Part shown: piece by piece, positions 8,854 to 17,945 of the stretch
Position numbering within the stretch: the first letter of the stretch is position 1
How the letters are laid out: every line of letters starts with the position of its first letter
NCBI GenBank assembly: GCA_003152875.1
Contig: PMBF01000039.1
Location: forward strand, 3,324 to 47,788
Length of the DNA stretch: 44,465 bases
Direction: 5' to 3'
From: Ignavibacteriota bacterium
Lineage (GTDB): Bacteria; Bacteroidota; Ignavibacteria; UBA10030; UBA6906
Program-made: the position numbers and the translations under genes
The notes under the pieces: generated by a model
Told to the model about the DNA's origin: nothing
Databases searched by the model: none
Seen by the model: the letters and a program-made list of their open reading frames with translations, nothing else

Positions 8854-10614
8854 CTAGAGATGCTCGAGCTGTTCTTCCAAGAGCTGTTTCCGGTACAGCT
8901 CGCCGTAGATCCCCCCGAGCGCCACCAGCTCGTCATGGGTGCCCTGTTCAGCGATCGTCCCGTTGTTCAGGACGATAATCCTGTCCGCATCTTTCACGGT
9001 GGAGATCCGGTGGCTGATGATGATGCTTGTCCGCCCGCGCATGACCGTGCGGAGCTGTTTCAGGATCTCCTCCTCGGTGTAGGTATCGACAGAAGAGAGC
9101 GCATCGTCGAGAATGAGGATCTTCGGCTGGCGGATGACCGCGCGGGCGATGCTCGTGCGCTGCTTCTGCCCTCCCGAGAGCGTGACCCCCCGCTCCCCGA
9201 CCATCGTCTGGAACCCGCGGGCAAAGGTCGCGACCTCCCTGTCGATCTGCGCAACTCCTGCGGCCCAGCGGACCTGCCCATCGTCCGCGCCTGTGGTTCC
9301 GTACTGGATGTTCTCGGCGACCGTATCGGAATAGAGAAACGTCTCCTGCGGCACATAGCCGATGTGCGCTCTGAGCACGCTCAGAGGGATATGTTTCACG
9401 TTGATGCCGTCGATCAGCAGTTCGCCGCCGGTCACATCATACAGGCGGGGGATCAGGTTGACCAACGTGCTTTTGCCGGCTCCTGTATAGCCGACGACGG
9501 CGAGCGTCGTGCCCGCAGGGATCAGGAGGGAGATACCTCCGAGCGCCGCGTCCGCGGCTCCCGCATGGCGGAACACCACGTTCCGGAACTCGACTTCACC
9601 CCGGATGGAAGTGATGCCGGTGCGGACGTCCGGTCCGTCGGCGATTTCCGGCGGCGTGTCGATGATCTTCGCCAGGCGCGCCATCGAGGCCGCGCCCTGC
9701 TGCAGGATGTTGACGACCCACCCGAAGGCGATCATGGGCCAGATGAGCATCACCAGGTACCCGAAGAACGCCGTGAGCATCCCGATGCTCAGGCGGCCCT
9801 CGATGACCTGCGAGCCGCCGACGTACAGCGTGATGATCAGGGAGAAACCGATGAGCAGGAACATCAGCGGCCACATGATGGACTGGACGCGGGCGAGCAC
9901 GAGGTTTTTCTTCAGGTACTCCCAGCTCATGGCGCGGAAGAGCCCCGTTTCATACTCCTCCCGGACATAGGCTTTGATGACGCGCATGCCGGAGAGGTTC
10001 TCCTGGGCGCGCGTGGTCAGCTCGGAATACTGCCGCTGGCGCTCCTCGAACTTCTTGTTCACCAGCTTGCCCAGGGCATAGACGGCGTACGAGACAAAGG
10101 GGAGCGGGAGAAGCGCCAGCAGCGTGAGCTGCCAGTCCTGATAGAGCATCACGCAGAGCACCATGATGAGCGTCATCAGGGTATCCGTGGGATACATGAT
10201 GCCGGGGCCCAGAGCGTTCCTCACGGCGCCGATATCGTTGGTGGCATGCGCCATCAGGTCGCCCGTGGGGGTGCGCTGGAAATACGAAAGGGAGAGCCGC
10301 TGGAGATGCTCAAGGAAGACGTTGCGGAGATCGAACTCCACGTGGCGGGAAACGACGATAATCGTCTGGCGGGTGAGGAACGTGAAGGCGCCGGCGATCA
10401 GTGAAAACGTCACAACCAATCCGGCGAGGCCGAGCAACCCTGAGGTGTCAATGGTCCGGGTTTCGAGTCCTTTTTTCAGGACGTCGATCGCACGACCGAC
10501 GAACATGGGCTGAGCAACCGTAAAGAGGTTGCTGAGCATCACGGTCGTGAGGCCCCACAGCAGTGTTCTCTTGTAGCGTGCAAGGAACGGGATGAGACGC
10601 AGCAGCGATTTCAA
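8854..10614 (-). CDS. ABC exporter, fused TMD-NBD (MdlA/YheI-like half)
   Basis: Walker A GYTGAGKS; LSGGQ; degenerate Walker B LDDAL; TTG start; pairs with the adjacent half. Confidence 0.93.
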   Translation of the reverse strand: MKSLLRLIPFLARYKRTLLWGLTTVMLSNLFTVAQPMFVGRAIDVLKKGLETRTIDTSGLLGLAGLVVTFSLIAGAFTFLTRQTIIVVSRHVEFDLRNVFLEHLQRLSLSYFQRTPTGDLMAHATNDIGAVRNALGPGIMYPTDTLMTLIMVLCVMLYQDWQLTLLALLPLPFVSYAVYALGKLVNKKFEERQRQYSELTTRAQENLSGMRVIKAYVREEYETGLFRAMSWEYLKKNLVLARVQSIMWPLMFLLIGFSLIITLYVGGSQVIEGRLSIGMLTAFFGYLVMLIWPMIAFGWVVNILQQGAASMARLAKIIDTPPEIADGPDVRTGITSIRGEVEFRNVVFRHAGAADAALGGISLLIPAGTTLAVVGYTGAGKSTLVNLIPRLYDVTGGELLIDGINVKHIPLSVLRAHIGYVPQETFLYSDTVAENIQYGTTGADDGQVRWAAGVAQIDREVATFARGFQTMVGERGVTLSGGQKQRTSIARAVIRQPKILILDDALSSVDTYTEEEILKQLRTVMRGRTSIIISHRISTVKDADRIIVLNNGTIAEQGTHDELVALGGIYGELYRKQLLEEQLEHL

Positions 10615-10618
10615 TGGA

Positions 10619-11884
10619 TCAGCCTATGACCTCAAATCCTGTATAGGGATGGAGCACCTTCGGTACGATCACCTTGCCTTCCGGCGTCTGGTACTGCTCC
10701 AGGACTGCCGCCATGATACGCGGCAGGGCGAGAGCAGAGCCGTTCAGCGTATGGACGACTTCCGGTTTCCCGCCCCCGGGACGGTACCGGATGTTCATCC
10801 GTCGAGCCTGGAACGCCTCGAAGTTGCTGACGGACGACACTTCCAGCCATTTCTGCTGTCCGAGCGACCATACCTCGATATCGTACTTCTTGGCGGGGGT
10901 AAACCCCAGATCGGCAGAACACATTAACAACACATGATAGTACAGTCCGAGTTTCTGAAGCGGCTGTTCGGCATCCCGGCGGAGGGTTTCCAGCTCTTCA
11001 TAGGAATGCTCCGGACGCACCAATTTGACCAGTTCCACCTTGTCGAACTGATGGACGCGGTTGAGGCCCCTGACATCCTTGCCGTATGAACCCGCTTCCC
11101 GCCGAAAACAGGGGGTAAAGGCGCAGAAATTGACCGGGAGCAGGTTTTCGGGGAGGATTTCGTCGCGGTAAAAATTTGTGACGGGTACCTCGGCGGTTGG
11201 GATGAGAAAGAGGCGGTCGCGATCGACCGAGTACATCTGGTCTTCCTTGTCGGGGAGCTGGCCTGTGCCCATGGCGCTCGCCTCGTTGACCAGAAGAGGG
11301 GGAATGAGCTCCATGTAGCCGTTGGCGGCGGCTTCATCGAGGAAAAAGTTGATGAGCGCTCTCTCCAGCCGTGCCCCTTTGCCCACGAAGAAGGGAAAAC
11401 CCGCACCTGTGACCTTCGTGCCCCTGGGGAAATCGATGATGCGGAGCTTTTCCAACAGCTCCCAGTGAGGTTTCGGGGGAAAATCGATGACCGGAGGCTC
11501 CCCCCAGGAGGCAATCACCTGATTGTCCGCGGGACTTTTGCCTGCGGGGACCGACTCATGAGGAATATTGGGGATGGCCAGCAGGACCGAGCGGAGCCGG
11601 CCTTCCTCGGATTTCAGCTCCTCGTCGAGGACCTTAATCCGGTCCGCGACCGAACGCATCTCATCGATCACCGCCTGCGCGTCCTCACCCTTCGACTTCA
11701 TCCTGGCGACCGTCTGGGAGACGGTGTTCTTGCGGCTCTTCAGACCTTCGGTCTCCTGGATGAGTGCACGCCGGTGTTCATCGAGGCGCAGGACTTCATC
11801 AACGGACGCCGGATCTTCGCCCTTCTTCCGGACTCCCTCCCTGACCAGGTCCGTGTGTTCGCGTATGAGTTTCAGATCCAGCAT
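10619..11884 (-). CDS. serS: Serine--tRNA ligase
   Basis: MLDLKLIRE start; LIPTAEVP; CFRREAGSYGKD; HQFDKVE; HTLNGSALA. Confidence 0.98.
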   Translation of the reverse strand: MLDLKLIREHTDLVREGVRKKGEDPASVDEVLRLDEHRRALIQETEGLKSRKNTVSQTVARMKSKGEDAQAVIDEMRSVADRIKVLDEELKSEEGRLRSVLLAIPNIPHESVPAGKSPADNQVIASWGEPPVIDFPPKPHWELLEKLRIIDFPRGTKVTGAGFPFFVGKGARLERALINFFLDEAAANGYMELIPPLLVNEASAMGTGQLPDKEDQMYSVDRDRLFLIPTAEVPVTNFYRDEILPENLLPVNFCAFTPCFRREAGSYGKDVRGLNRVHQFDKVELVKLVRPEHSYEELETLRRDAEQPLQKLGLYYHVLLMCSADLGFTPAKKYDIEVWSLGQQKWLEVSSVSNFEAFQARRMNIRYRPGGGKPEVVHTLNGSALALPRIMAAVLEQYQTPEGKVIVPKVLHPYTGFEVIG

Positions 11885-11894
11885 GTCGCGTGTC

Positions 11895-12863
11895 TCATCT
11901 TCTTCGTCCGCTCCCTCTTGCCGCCGGCACCGCATTGCTGTCGCCGAGGCGGCGGAGTGTACGGGTGATCTGGCTCTTGAAAATGGTGAGCCCTTCATCG
12001 ATGGTGGACGGCGTGATGCCGAGGTCCGTTTCCGCCTTCAGCGTGATGAGTCCCGATTTCAACGGGCGCGGGGCAGGCTGGTGGAGGTCGGCGGTCTTCA
12101 CGGGGGTGATGAGGCCGATATCAAGCCCGAATGCTTTTGCGAGGCGGACGGCGAAATCGTATCTGTTGACGATCTCCCGGCCGGCGATGTGGTAGATCCC
12201 GGTCTTGCCGAGCTCGACGCCGCGCATGAGGCCGTACGCCAGGTCGTCGGCCAGTGTCGGGTTCCCCTCCTGGTCATCCACGACCTTTACCTGGGTCCCC
12301 TTCTCCAGGCTCTGCAGCAGCCAGAGGGCAAAGTTCACCTTCGCCCCGGGGGAGAACCCGTAGAGAACCATGGTGCGGGCGATAAACCAGGGAAGTCCCG
12401 CGGTGCGGAGGGCATTCTCGCTCGCGAGTTTGGTCTTGCCGTAGTAGCTGAGCGGTTCCGGGCGGTCCTCTTCAGCGTACGGGCCGTTCTTGCCGTCGAA
12501 GACATAGTCGCTGGACACATGGACGATGCGGGTATCGGCGCGTCGTGCCGCTTCGATCAGGTTCTCCACGCCGCCCACGTTGACCTTCCACGCCAGCTCC
12601 CGCTCTGTTTCACAGGCATCCACGTTGGTCATCGCGGCGCAGTTGATGATCACATCCGGCTCGAACGAGGAGACCAGCTGCTTCACCTGCTTTTTGACCG
12701 TCAGGTCCACCACGGTGTACTGCGCCTCGGCGACGGGGAAGACGGACGCCGGCTCGATGGACGAGAGCATGATCTGGTAGTTGGTCCCGCGGACGAAGAG
12801 CTCCGTCACCTTCTGCCCCAGGAGTCCGTTGCTGCCCACAATCAGGATCCTCCGGGGGCTCAT
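11895..12863 (-). CDS. rfbD: dTDP-4-dehydrorhamnose reductase
   Basis: GSNGLLG; NCAAMTNVD; SSDYVFDG; YGKTK; DQEGNPT. Confidence 0.92.
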   Translation of the reverse strand: MSPRRILIVGSNGLLGQKVTELFVRGTNYQIMLSSIEPASVFPVAEAQYTVVDLTVKKQVKQLVSSFEPDVIINCAAMTNVDACETERELAWKVNVGGVENLIEAARRADTRIVHVSSDYVFDGKNGPYAEEDRPEPLSYYGKTKLASENALRTAGLPWFIARTMVLYGFSPGAKVNFALWLLQSLEKGTQVKVVDDQEGNPTLADDLAYGLMRGVELGKTGIYHIAGREIVNRYDFAVRLAKAFGLDIGLITPVKTADLHQPAPRPLKSGLITLKAETDLGITPSTIDEGLTIFKSQITRTLRRLGDSNAVPAARGSGRRR

Positions 12864-13693
12864 CGAAGAGCCCCTTCCAGGGTGGTGGCTGCGTCGGTCC
12901 TGGCGTCGCGGTACTTGATGATGACGGGGGTGGAGATTGACAGGTGGTGGGATACTGCCCAGTCGCCTGCGAGCGGCCTGCTCCCGGGCACGACCACTGC
13001 GTTTTCGGGGATGACCAGAGGATTCGGGCCGTCCTTCCGGTATATGGAGGAACGGACGGTATCATAGACCGCGGTGCCTCCCGTGAGGATGACCCCCGCC
13101 GCGATCACGGCACCTCTCTTCACGATGGTCCCCTCGTAGATCCCGCAGTTTCCCCCAATGAACACATCGTCCTCCACGATTGTGGGAAGGGCGCCGATGG
13201 GTTCGAGCACGCCCCCGATCTGGGAAGCGGCGCTCAGGTGCACATGCTTCCCGATCTGCGCGCATGAGCCCACCAGGGCATGGGAGTCGATCATGGTCCC
13301 CTCGTCGACGTATGCGCCCACGTTGATGAACATCGGAGGCATGCACACGACCCCGTGGGCCACGAAGGCGCCTTCACGGATGGAGGAACCGCCGGGGACG
13401 AGCCTTACGCCGTCTTCGGGGGTGAGCTTCTTTGGAGGGAATGTATCTTTATCGAAAAACCTGAACCGCTGGTTGATGGACATGTCCTCGATGGCCCCGA
13501 GACGGAACCCGAGAAGAATGCCCATTTTCACCCAGCTGTTGACATGCCACTGACCATCAGTATTCTCGGCGGCCCGGATCTCCCCCCGGTCGAGAAAGAA
13601 GATGAATTCGTTGAAGGTCTTCAGCGCTTTGGGCCGCTCAAGCGCGGAAGGTCCAGTCTCGTAGAGCCGCTCGATTTCCTTTTCCAGGACCAT
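12860..13693 (-). CDS. dapD: Tetrahydrodipicolinate N-succinyltransferase
   Basis: [39 protein letters not shown] hexapeptide region; next to dapA and dapB. Confidence 0.95.
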   Translation of the reverse strand: MVLEKEIERLYETGPSALERPKALKTFNEFIFFLDRGEIRAAENTDGQWHVNSWVKMGILLGFRLGAIEDMSINQRFRFFDKDTFPPKKLTPEDGVRLVPGGSSIREGAFVAHGVVCMPPMFINVGAYVDEGTMIDSHALVGSCAQIGKHVHLSAASQIGGVLEPIGALPTIVEDDVFIGGNCGIYEGTIVKRGAVIAAGVILTGGTAVYDTVRSSIYRKDGPNPLVIPENAVVVPGSRPLAGDWAVSHHLSISTPVIIKYRDARTDAATTLEGALR

Positions 13694-13714
13694 ATGGTGC
13701 TCTTCGTGGAATGC

Positions 13715-14617
13715 TTACGACTTCTTCACCAGCTCGAGGTCCGTCAGGATCTGTTCGAGTTTCTCCCGGTGTGCTTCCGAGAGGGGGACGAGCGGAAGGC
13801 GGAGCTGGTCTTCGATCATACCCATCATGGCCAGCGCAGCCTTGACGGGAATCGGGTTGGACTCGATAAAGTTGATGTTCATGAGCGGCAGGAGGCGGTA
13901 GTGCAGCTCCCTCGCCTTGAGCATCTTTCCTTTCAGGGCATAACGCACCATCGATGAGAATTCGGCGGGCGCTTCGTTGGACACCACCGAGATGATGCCA
14001 TCGGCTCCGGCCGCAATCAGCGGAAGCGTGAGGTTATCGTCTCCCGACCATACGCCGAACCCTTCAGGGCGGTCCCTGATGATCTGCATGATCTGGGGCA
14101 GGCTGCCCGACGCCTCTTTCACTCCCGCCACCGAGGAAAAGTCGCGTGCCAGCCGGAGGGCGGTCGCCGGCTCGATGTTGGAGGCGGTGCGCCCCGGCAC
14201 ATTGTAGACGATCATCGGCATGTCCACGGCCTCGGCGATGGCGCCGAAGTGCCTGTAGATCCCCTCCTGCGTCGGTTTGTTGTAGAACGGCGCCACCGAC
14301 AGGATCGCATCGGCCCGGCATTCCTTCACCTGTTTGGCGAGCGCGATCGCCCTGGACGTCGAGTTGCTGCTTGCTCCCCCGATGACCGGGACTCGTCCGT
14401 TGGTCTGATCAACGACTGTCTCGATCACGAACGCCTGTTCGCTTTCCGACAGCGTTGCGCCCTCGCCGGTGCTGCCCGCAGGCACAAGGGCCTCGATGCC
14501 TCCCTTGATCTGGAACTCCACAAACTCGCGCAGCGCGGTTTCGTCCACCGATCCGTCCTTCTTGAACGGCGTCACAATCGCCGTTGCGGTTCCCTGAAAG
14601 AGTAGCTGTCGTTCCAT
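13715..14617 (-). CDS. dapA: 4-hydroxy-tetrahydrodipicolinate synthase
   Basis: TAIVTPF; GSTGEG; YNKPTQEG; YNVPGRT; GVKEASG; NPIPVK. Confidence 0.97.
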   Translation of the reverse strand: MERQLLFQGTATAIVTPFKKDGSVDETALREFVEFQIKGGIEALVPAGSTGEGATLSESEQAFVIETVVDQTNGRVPVIGGASSNSTSRAIALAKQVKECRADAILSVAPFYNKPTQEGIYRHFGAIAEAVDMPMIVYNVPGRTASNIEPATALRLARDFSSVAGVKEASGSLPQIMQIIRDRPEGFGVWSGDDNLTLPLIAAGADGIISVVSNEAPAEFSSMVRYALKGKMLKARELHYRLLPLMNINFIESNPIPVKAALAMMGMIEDQLRLPLVPLSEAHREKLEQILTDLELVKKS

Positions 14618-14662
14618 AGACGGGTGAATTGCCGACCTCCTTATGAGTGATCCCCGCAGGGA

Positions 14663-15397
14663 TTACGGCTTGAGGACATCTCGCATCGTGTAGACTCCCT
14701 TTTTCCCTTTCAACCATTCGGCGGCGACGACGGCCCCCAGTGCGAAGCCCGTCCGGTTCTTTGCAGAATGGACAAGCTCTATCGTGTCGGCTTCCGAATC
14801 GAACATGACGGTGTGTTTGCCGGCGACATGGCCGACGCGCGTCGAGGTCACGTGCAGTTGATGCTCCTTGAGCCGGCCATGGGCTGTTTCAGAAACCATC
14901 TCCGATTTCCGGTGCAGCGATTGGAGGATGGCGGCGCCCAGGGAAAGCGCCGTGCCGCTGGGGCTGTCCGCTTTCCCGTTGTGGTGGATCTCGGTGACCG
15001 CCGCGTCGTACTGGGGGTACCGCTCCATGAGCCGGGAGGCATCCATGACCAGCTGCATGAACAGGTTGACGCCGAGCGAAAAATTCGAGGCGTACAGCAA
15101 TCCGGTATTCTTTTTCTTCACGAGCTTCCGCACTTCTTCCAGTCCGTCGTACCAGCCCGTGGTCCCCACGACGATGTTCTTGCCGCAGGCAGCCACGGCT
15201 CTGATATTGTCGAGCACTCCCTCGGGTGAAGAGAAGTCGATGCACACATCGACGCCTTTCAGGGATTCGCGCGTCAGGGCGGCTCCCTCGGCGTTTACGT
15301 CGATGTCGAAGATCTTCGCAATGGTGATCCCCTGGTCCTTTGCCACGCGCTCCACTTCTCGCCCCATCCTGCCGTATCCAATCAGTGCGAGATTCAT
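14663..15397 (-). CDS. dapB: 4-hydroxy-tetrahydrodipicolinate reductase
   Basis: GYGRMG; VGTTG; NFSLGV; EIHHNGKADSPSGTA. Confidence 0.96.
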   Translation of the reverse strand: MNLALIGYGRMGREVERVAKDQGITIAKIFDIDVNAEGAALTRESLKGVDVCIDFSSPEGVLDNIRAVAACGKNIVVGTTGWYDGLEEVRKLVKKKNTGLLYASNFSLGVNLFMQLVMDASRLMERYPQYDAAVTEIHHNGKADSPSGTALSLGAAILQSLHRKSEMVSETAHGRLKEHQLHVTSTRVGHVAGKHTVMFDSEADTIELVHSAKNRTGFALGAVVAAEWLKGKKGVYTMRDVLKP

Positions 15398-15413
15398 AGC
15401 TCACTCCATTCGT

Positions 15414-16277
15414 TCATTGCTGTCCGAGCCTTACAGCCACCGCGGCGGCGGCTTCTCCCGCCGCAACGGCGATGTTCCGTGTTTTCCTGTACTGGCAGAG
15501 AAAGGCCGCTCCGAACATGTCGCCGGCGCCGGTCGTCCCGGTGGCCTGCGCAAGGGGGGCGGCCGGAATGTCGGTCCTGATCACGTGCTTGTGCTCATCG
15601 CAGAACGCGGTAACGCCCCGGCTTCCCCTGGTGAGCAGTACTCCCTTGACGCCGAGGGTCAGCAGGTGGCCAATCGTCTGCTCCTCTCCTCCCGGAACTG
15701 CGTCGAGTCCCCTGATCTCTTCCTCATTCAACTGTACCGTGTCGATCATGAATGACCAGCGCCGCCAGGCCTCGAGGGGGCGCCGGTAGCGCTCGTGGCG
15801 CTCATTGACGCCCAGCGTCAGATTGTGGTAATCAAAATGGATCGGTGTCCCGTCATCCCGGGCGCCCATGCGGATCTGATCGAGAGTCTCCAGGACAATG
15901 TCGAACCCCGATTCCATGTTCACCAGGATCGCGTCGGAACCCAGGTGGCGACGGAGTCTCTCGAAGGGGATCGGGGGAGCGATGTCGCTGGAGCAGACGG
16001 CCCCATCCCGCCCAGGGAACAGGTGCACCCTGTTGGTCGGCGCGTCGATCTTGAAGAGAGCATCCGGGCTCACACCGGGCAGTGCCCCGAACAGGGACGA
16101 CACACGCGTGAAGTCTTCCTTCGCGAGGCCGCATACCGGGAGCATGACATCGTTCCTGGCCGCGAGCGTGGAGAGCATCGCCGCAGCATGATAGATGCCG
16201 CCCGGCCGTTCCTGTTCGGAGCCATCGGCCAGGTGGAACACGTCGAAGCAAAAATGCCCGATGAGAAGGAATTTCAT
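15414..16277 (-). CDS. PfkB/ribokinase-family kinase, substrate unknown
   Basis: PGG, QLNEEE, LTRGSRG, TTGAGDMFGAAF anion-hole motif; start reset to ATG 16277. Confidence 0.85.
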   Translation of the reverse strand: MKFLLIGHFCFDVFHLADGSEQERPGGIYHAAAMLSTLAARNDVMLPVCGLAKEDFTRVSSLFGALPGVSPDALFKIDAPTNRVHLFPGRDGAVCSSDIAPPIPFERLRRHLGSDAILVNMESGFDIVLETLDQIRMGARDDGTPIHFDYHNLTLGVNERHERYRRPLEAWRRWSFMIDTVQLNEEEIRGLDAVPGGEEQTIGHLLTLGVKGVLLTRGSRGVTAFCDEHKHVIRTDIPAAPLAQATGTTGAGDMFGAAFLCQYRKTRNIAVAAGEAAAAVAVRLGQQ

Positions 16278-16281
16278 GGAA

Positions 16282-16740
16282 TCAGAATTTTGCGCCACCC
16301 CGACGGAACGCCAGGAGCTTCTCCTTGAGAGGGGGGTCGTTGAGGGCAAGAATCTCCGCGGCGAGGACTGCGGCATTCTTTGCGCCGGCTGCACCGATGG
16401 CCACCGTAGCGACGGGGATGCCGGCCGGCATCTGCACAATGGAGTAGAGGGCATCCACACCATGCAGCGGCGAACCGTCAAGCGGCACGCCGATCACCGG
16501 AAGGGTCGTGTGGGAAGCGGCCACGCCCGGCAGGTGCGCCGCCATCCCGGCCGCTGCAATAATGACGGAAAAGCCCTCCTGCTCAGACTGCCTGACAAAT
16601 GCCGCCGTCTCGTCGGGCTGGCGGTGGGCCGAGAGGATCCGCACCTCATAAGGAATCCCGAATCGCGCCAGGTAGTCCAGGCACCCCCGCATCGCCTCCT
16701 GGTCCGAGGTGCTCCCGAGCAGGACTGCTACCTTTCCCAT
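16282..16740 (-). CDS. purE: N5-CAIR mutase
   Basis: GSTSD; SAHR; AAAGMAAHLPG; SIVQMPAGIPVATV. Confidence 0.97.
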   Translation of the reverse strand: MGKVAVLLGSTSDQEAMRGCLDYLARFGIPYEVRILSAHRQPDETAAFVRQSEQEGFSVIIAAAGMAAHLPGVAASHTTLPVIGVPLDGSPLHGVDALYSIVQMPAGIPVATVAIGAAGAKNAAVLAAEILALNDPPLKEKLLAFRRGGAKF

Positions 16741-16742
16741 CG

Positions 16743-17495
16743 TCAAACCTTCGCGGTGTATGGATATCGTCCTGCCTCGCACCGCCGCCACAACCCCTGG
16801 CAGGAAAACTTGTTTTCATAGAGCGCGCGCCCCACCACAACCGAATCCACCCCGAACGGCTCCAGCTCCTGGACCCGGAGCAGATCGTCCAGGCCTCCGA
16901 TTCCCCCTGAAGCCGTGATCCGCAGTCCGGTTTTCTCCCCCAGCTCACGCAGGACACTGACGTTGACCCCTCTCAGAGTGCCGTCCGTGCTGATGTTCGT
17001 GTAGACGACGCGGCGGAATCCGAGGGTCTTTGCATTCAGGGCCACGGTGAGGGCAGTCAATCCGGAGGATTCCGCCATGCCCCGAACCACCACGATCCCA
17101 TCCATGGCGTCGATTCCGAGCACAACCTTGCTGGGACCGAAGACGTCCAGAACCCGTTTTGCCTCGTCGGGGTTCTCAATCAGCATCGTTCCGATCAGCA
17201 CGCGGTACATTCCGAGGTCAAAGGCGTCCTTGACGGCCTCAAATGACCTCAACCCTCCCCCCAATTCGATGGGAATATCCACCGTATCGACTATCCGGCG
17301 GATTGCGTCGGTGTTGACGAGGTGTCCGGTAAGGGCGCCGTCGACATCTGTCACATGAAGCGACTTCGAGTTCTCCTGACGCCAGAGGCGGGCCATTTCA
17401 ACCGGGTCGTCGGAGTACACGAACCCCTCTTCGCCCCGGACCATCTGGACGCAGCGGCCACCTTTGATTTCGATAGCGGGAATGAGGAGGAGCAT
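16743..17495 (-). CDS. hisA: HisA-family ProFAR isomerase (first catalytic Asp replaced by Glu)
   Basis: IPAIEIKGGRCV; LHVTDVDGA; GGGLR; DGTLRG; ASGGIG; VGRALYE. Confidence 0.85.
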   Translation of the reverse strand: MLLLIPAIEIKGGRCVQMVRGEEGFVYSDDPVEMARLWRQENSKSLHVTDVDGALTGHLVNTDAIRRIVDTVDIPIELGGGLRSFEAVKDAFDLGMYRVLIGTMLIENPDEAKRVLDVFGPSKVVLGIDAMDGIVVVRGMAESSGLTALTVALNAKTLGFRRVVYTNISTDGTLRGVNVSVLRELGEKTGLRITASGGIGGLDDLLRVQELEPFGVDSVVVGRALYENKFSCQGLWRRCEAGRYPYTAKV

Positions 17496-17643
17496 GCCGA
17501 ATCTTCTATCAGAACATGAAAATGCAGAAATTGACCCTCAATAGCAAGGAGCCGGCGGGCCCTGGGAGGCACCCTCGTCTCCGTAAATCTGATATTATTA
17601 TGAATGAAACGCCTTCGGCTCCTGACTGCCGCTCAGGCGAACC

Positions 17644-17745
17644 TGTTCGGGCCAACCCGTCCGGTAAGACTGTTCGGTCAGGCCTTGAGGTCACTGTTCG
17701 GCCAGACCTTGAGGAGACCGTTCGGTCAAACTGTTCGGCGTGTTC
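17644..17745. repeat. Degenerate tandem array of TGTTCGG-core units (24-bp period with 13/11 sub-period)
   Basis: agactgttcggtcaggccttgagg (17667), tcactgttcggccagaccttgagg (17691), agaccgttcggtca (17715); extra cores at 17644, 17658 and 17732. Confidence 0.8.
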
Positions 17746-17945
17746 ACAAATTTGCCGGATCGCATTCCTTTTCTCTCCCTTCCTCGCTATCTTTGCCCGT
17801 GCCTTCCAGACAACCCCGGAGCTGTGTCTCCCCAGGCACGAACCTGTAATTGCCGGGGGCCGCTGAGCAGCGGCATGAGGCACAACCGTAATCATACGAT
17901 CCCGTCACGTTGCTCTCCTTCTCAGAACATCACATACGGACAAGC

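Noticed and set aside
7008-10614. Degenerate ABC motifs (LSVGQ, LDDA) as pseudogenisation
   Set aside because: Normal asymmetry of heterodimeric exporters.
5874-13067. Long plus-strand ORFs (465, 558, 514 and 499 aa) opposite fbp, the ABC genes, serS, rfbD and dapD
   Set aside because: Antisense shadows expected from high GC3; no motifs, and they overlap well-supported genes. The same applies to 21299-22501, 26519-28144 and 39402-40403.
17644-17745. Repeat array as CRISPR or LexA boxes
   Set aside because: No unique spacers or cas genes. Spacings do not fit CGAAC-N4-GTTCG or GTTC-N7-GTTC.
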